Shown: positions 60,208-64,000 of the stretch, one piece after another
Layout of the letters: every line of letters starts with the position of its first letter
Numbering within the stretch: the first letter of the stretch is position 1
NCBI GenBank assembly: GCA_963662655.2
Contig: CAXXTU010000002.1
Coordinates: 1,664,001-1,728,000, forward strand
Direction: 5' to 3'
Length of the DNA stretch: 64,000 nt
From: Candidatus Cloacimonadales bacterium
GTDB taxonomy: Bacteria > Cloacimonadota > Cloacimonadia > Cloacimonadales > JAIOQZ01
Notes under the pieces: generated by a model
Told to the model about the DNA's origin: nothing
The model's database searches: none
What the model saw: only the letters and a program-made list of their open reading frames with translations
Made by a program: the position numbers and the translations under genes

Positions 60208-60301
60208 CGATCCATTTACCGCGTGGTGTTTCACGGTGGAAGATTTCTTCTAACTACTCTCATTTACGGAACCGTGGTATATCCACGGGGTAAATGGATC
60301 G
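60208..60301. repeat. REPIN-like inverted doublet
   Basis: CGATCCATTTACCgCGTGGtgtttCACGGT and an inverted copy ACCGTGGtatatCCACGgGGTAAATGGATCG. Confidence 0.65.
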
Positions 60302-60340
60302 GGCGAAGATGCCACGCCGGTTGGCCATTACCGGATAACT

Positions 60341-63300
60341 TTACTTCTTCCTCGTATTCTTGCGGGATGTATCCGCTTTTCGCTGAGGCTGAACGCTCTC
60401 GGTTTGCACTTCAACCCGGTTCACTTCTTCCATTATCCCATGATTCACGCTTGTCATTACTGGGAGCGCCCATCGCACTTCATCTGTAGATGCGACAACA
60501 TGGAAATACTGCCTGCTCTGTGTTACAGGAAGATCCCAAGCTGTTCCGGCAATGATCGCCGCTGGACTGCCCCAATCTCCCACATAAGGATCGGATGAGG
60601 TGAATATCTTGTACGAACTCGCGCCCGGAACGGCATTCCAGGTCAGATGGAAAGCGCCTTCGGAATACTCGATCGCCAGATTCTGCGGAGCAGCCAAAGC
60701 ACCGCTTTGCCACGGATCGAATAGCACGGCTCCGTAACTTCCATTGTTCTCATCATCAAAAATATGCGAATCGATCGTCAGTGAATCCGGGTAGTCCCAC
60801 ACATTGTAAAACGCGTTGATGTCGTATGCGCTATAGTTTGCCACCTGCCACACGCCGCCATCGTTATCGTGGATATGGTTGTTGCCAATATCCTCGACGT
60901 TCTGATTGCCCAGATTCGGCTGGCAATTACCCTGAATCAGTACGCCATACGATTGATTGTACCGGACAATGGAGTTCCTCACCATAGGATTGGAGTTGTT
61001 GATATCCACCCCGTACTGAGCGCTATACTCGATCAGACATCCATCCAGCATGCACGCGCCGGTATCGATTAATTGAATCCCGCTGTCGATTCCGTTTGTG
61101 TTACCTGCATAACATACATATAGATTCTCCATCGATGCTTCGCCGATCAATGCCCCGCTTCCACTGACACGGATACCGTACCAGTCTCCCACCGATGGCG
61201 AGCTTGCCGTTCCATCCGAGTTCGTGTCCCCATAGATGGAGTCGTCCTTCAGCGATGTCATCACAACCGGCTCAATAGCCGTTCCGGCCACATTCAAGGT
61301 TCCAGTAACATACAAATACCCATCGGCGCTGTTTTTAAAAACGCTGCCAGGCTCGATATTCAAGACACCTGTATCCAATACATTCAACGCATTCCCAGGG
61401 ATAAACGGAAATCCATCCTCCGAATCGATCGTTACATCGCTATCGACATTACATCGTAGAAACATTCCGTTGATCTGGTTGCCGGATCCGGTATTCCCGT
61501 TCATACTTTGCAAGATACCCTCGATGTACCTCAAGCCATATTCACCGTTGTCGATGAAGCTATTATTCTGAATCACGGGCGCTGATGTAGAACCGTAGAT
61601 CAATATTCCGGAAAACGCGTTCCCCTCGAACGTCGATTCCGTAAATTCGGGAGAGCTGCTCTCGATCCTGATGCCCTCTCGCTGGCTGAATGACGACTCG
61701 CTATTGCTGAATCTGCACGATTCATCCGCGCTCAGGAACTTAAGGTTTGCATCGATGCTATTGCTGTTTCCCCCGTAAAGAATCCGGCAGTGATCGAATT
61801 GCCCGATTCCTTCATTGGTTCCCGTGCCGTTGATCTGGATTCCGTACCAGTCACCGCCGGCAGGCTCGGACGCGTCCAGATCGTGGTTGGTGTCTCCGCC
61901 GATCTCATCGTCCTTGATCGAGGTGATGTATATTTCATTTCCGTAATTTCCAGAAGCAATCAAGCTTCCCTGCACGTTAAGGAGCGACGATGGCTGTCCC
62001 TTCACTCGGACACCCGGTAGGAACTCCAGACTTGCCCCAGATTGCACGAAAACTGTCCCAGATAGAATGAATGGAAACGTTGAAGAACCGCATTCCCAAA
62101 CAGCGTTCCCGGAAACGGTTCCCCGTACGCCGAAACCGTTATAACCGTTGTCGCTCCCCGCGTTGCCGCTGTAGGAACTAATGATCGTGTCCTCCAGGAG
62201 CACTCCGTACGAACCGTTCGATGTAAACACGTTGTTATTGATTACAGGATTGGAAGTCGTTGTCTGACCATAAATTCCATTCAGAACGTTATGGCTGAAC
62301 ACTGAGTTCACGATTTCCGGACTCGAGTACTGAATATGAATCCCGTGCTGAGCGCTGTATTCGCAAAGACTGTTCGAGAACCACGAGCTCTCCGCCTCAT
62401 AGAAACGCAGGCTTGCATCCAGGCCATTCAAATTGCCGCCATAGGCGAATATGCAGTTGTCGAACTGGCCGACTCCGTCGTTATCGCTAGAGCCGTAAAT
62501 ATAAATGGCATCCCAGTCTCCCGGTACTGCATCCCCGTTATCGCCATCGGTATCACCCGATCGTGCATCGTCTTTTATCGAAGTGAACACGACCGGTGAC
62601 TCACTCGTCCCGTTCGCGTCCAGCGTCCCGAAAACGGTCATTCTTCGTTGCCAGCCTGATTTGATCGTCGTTCCGGCAGAAAGCGTCAATACGACATCGT
62701 CATTGACCGTGATCGCTTCGTACATGATGAATGGAAAATTCGGGTCCGTGTTATGCGACCATACCGCGTCCGCTGTGACCGTTCCGCCCAGTCCGAACCC
62801 GTTGTAAACATTCCCGCTGCCGGAATTATCCGAATACGAACACAATGTGCATCCGCTCAGATATACGCCGAAAAACCCGTTATCATTGAACGTGCAGGCG
62901 TCGATTGTAGGCATGGAGGCAGCGCTGTTGGCGTAGATACCACTGCTCAAGTTGTTGTTGAACTGTGAACCGGAGATTTCCACGCTGCAATTGTATATGC
63001 GAATTCCGTAAACGTGGCTGAAGTTGCACTCGCTGTTACGGAACCACCCGTGCGAGTTATTGAAATAAAGGTTTGCATCGAAATTCGAAGTGTCTCCGCC
63101 ATAGCGAATACTCACATGATCGTACTTGCCCCAACTGTCGTTGGTGTGCCGGATACCATGCCAGTCACCCGGTTGAGGCGTCGTGCTCGTCGAATCGCTG
63201 TTGGTATCTCCGCCGATGCTATCGTCTTTGAGGGAGGTAAACACAATCTGATCGCGCGCGGTGCTTTCCGCATTCATGGTACCTTCGATGTAGACCGCGC

Positions 63301-64000
63301 TTCCGCCCACTGCCTTGAAGACCGTCCCCGGGACAATGGTAAGCGTATCGCCGGAGTAAACGGTTATCGCACCGGTAATAATGTACGGGAAAGACGGAGC
63401 GGCTCCCGACCATGTGACGACATCGTCGGTAACGCCGTTGATACCGAAGCCGTTGTAACCGTTACCCGATCCGGTATTGCCTTCATACGAGTTGAGCAGG
63501 ATATTGTACAGATGTGCCCCGTAACCGACGTTGCCGTAAAACGTATTGTTGTTGATCGTCGCCAGCGTTGCCGTCCCGGTTCCCTTGATCCCATTTTCGA
63601 GATTGTCGGCAAGAACGCAATTGTGTATCTGCGCCGAGGAGTTGTAGAGGTAAATCCCATCTCTGGCACTTTTCTCGAAAGTGCAATTGGTGATCATCGA
63701 GCCGAAATCCGCATGAAGATAGAGGTTGGCATCGCTTGTTCCGGCCGAATTCCCGCCGTACCGGAAGATACAGTTTTCAAGCACAGCAAATCCATCGCTT
63801 TCGCTCCCCACGATCCAATAGCCAAACCAGTCGCCAGGCTGGGCGGGATCCGTGGAATCGTTCGTATCACCGCCGTATTCATCGTCTCGGAAGCTGGTGA
63901 ACACGATCGGATGCAGCGAATCCGCCACTGCGTTCAGGCACCCATTGATGTAGTGCTCCACGCCACTCGACTTCACAATGGAGCCTGGAGCCAGATCGAG
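60341..64000 (-). CDS. Large parallel beta-helix repeat surface protein with C-terminal FN3-like domain; partial, start beyond the right edge
   Basis: Frame open to 64000; five copies of FTS.KDD..GGDTN.D....P..GDW.GI and Asn/Gly ladder repeats. Confidence 0.88.
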   Translation of the reverse strand, partial: LDLAPGSIVKSSGVEHYINGCLNAVADSLHPIVFTSFRDDEYGGDTNDSTDPAQPGDWFGYWIVGSESDGFAVLENCIFRYGGNSAGTSDANLYLHADFGSMITNCTFEKSARDGIYLYNSSAQIHNCVLADNLENGIKGTGTATLATINNNTFYGNVGYGAHLYNILLNSYEGNTGSGNGYNGFGINGVTDDVVTWSGAAPSFPYIITGAITVYSGDTLTIVPGTVFKAVGGSAVYIEGTMNAESTARDQIVFTSLKDDSIGGDTNSDSTSTTPQPGDWHGIRHTNDSWGKYDHVSIRYGGDTSNFDANLYFNNSHGWFRNSECNFSHVYGIRIYNCSVEISGSQFNNNLSSGIYANSAASMPTIDACTFNDNGFFGVYLSGCTLCSYSDNSGSGNVYNGFGLGGTVTADAVWSHNTDPNFPFIMYEAITVNDDVVLTLSAGTTIKSGWQRRMTVFGTLDANGTSESPVVFTSIKDDARSGDTDGDNGDAVPGDWDAIYIYGSSDNDGVGQFDNCIFAYGGNLNGLDASLRFYEAESSWFSNSLCEYSAQHGIHIQYSSPEIVNSVFSHNVLNGIYGQTTTSNPVINNNVFTSNGSYGVLLEDTIISSYSGNAGSDNGYNGFGVRGTVSGNAVWECGSSTFPFILSGTVFVQSGASLEFLPGVRVKGQPSSLLNVQGSLIASGNYGNEIYITSIKDDEIGGDTNHDLDASEPAGGDWYGIQINGTGTNEGIGQFDHCRILYGGNSNSIDANLKFLSADESCRFSNSESSFSQREGIRIESSSPEFTESTFEGNAFSGILIYGSTSAPVIQNNSFIDNGEYGLRYIEGILQSMNGNTGSGNQINGMFLRCNVDSDVTIDSEDGFPFIPGNALNVLDTGVLNIEPGSVFKNSADGYLYVTGTLNVAGTAIEPVVMTSLKDDSIYGDTNSDGTASSPSVGDWYGIRVSGSGALIGEASMENLYVCYAGNTNGIDSGIQLIDTGACMLDGCLIEYSAQYGVDINNSNPMVRNSIVRYNQSYGVLIQGNCQPNLGNQNVEDIGNNHIHDNDGGVWQVANYSAYDINAFYNVWDYPDSLTIDSHIFDDENNGSYGAVLFDPWQSGALAAPQNLAIEYSEGAFHLTWNAVPGASSYKIFTSSDPYVGDWGSPAAIIAGTAWDLPVTQSRQYFHVVASTDEVRWALPVMTSVNHGIMEEVNRVEVQTESVQPQRKADTSRKNTRKK

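Noticed and set aside
1..64000. CRISPR array, rRNA, tRNA, prophage, selenocysteine read-through
   Set aside because: No regularly spaced direct repeats, cloverleafs, phage genes or in-frame TGA in a redox motif were seen by eye; a tool-based scan could still find something I missed

Overview
Gene-dense bacterial chromosomal window from a diderm, probably anaerobic organism. The FlgD-type C-terminal sorting domain (NHPNPFNPST...KKMLLLK), lpt/kdsC genes and gene order suggest Ca. Cloacimonadota or a related FCB lineage; this is inference, not a database result. Main blocks: (1) a partial STAS-fusion gene and a ykvA-like/nucleoside kinase/HAD operon; (2) an AT-richer ~1 kb segment (5130-6160) with an ORFan and many long-range RNA-type stems; (3) a long minus-strand run kdsC-lptC-lptA-lptB-rpoN-lpdA-lipA-hpf-hprK-ptsH-ptsI-pgi-pgi/pmi-metK, then AsnB-like, flippase and PP2C genes; (4) a secreted Omp28-like protein followed by a ~200 nt near-perfect four-way-junction element; (5) an Rrf2 + sulfate ABC cassette; (6) an OmpA operon with degenerate signalling proteins; (7) etfA-amidohydrolase-queE-ispG-BamA-like; (8) a BtrH-like/ABC/ACP cassette without ketosynthases; (9) a ~1825 aa Ser/Thr kinase-STAND-TPR-GAF-His kinase; (10) an IS4-like element with an 18 bp target duplication at the start of a CHAP-like gene; (11) a partial beta-helix repeat protein. 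No rRNA, tRNA or CRISPR array was seen. The best candidates for something undescribed are the structured 5130-6160 locus and the 28350-28550 four-way junction. All stems were found by eye and need computational confirmation.
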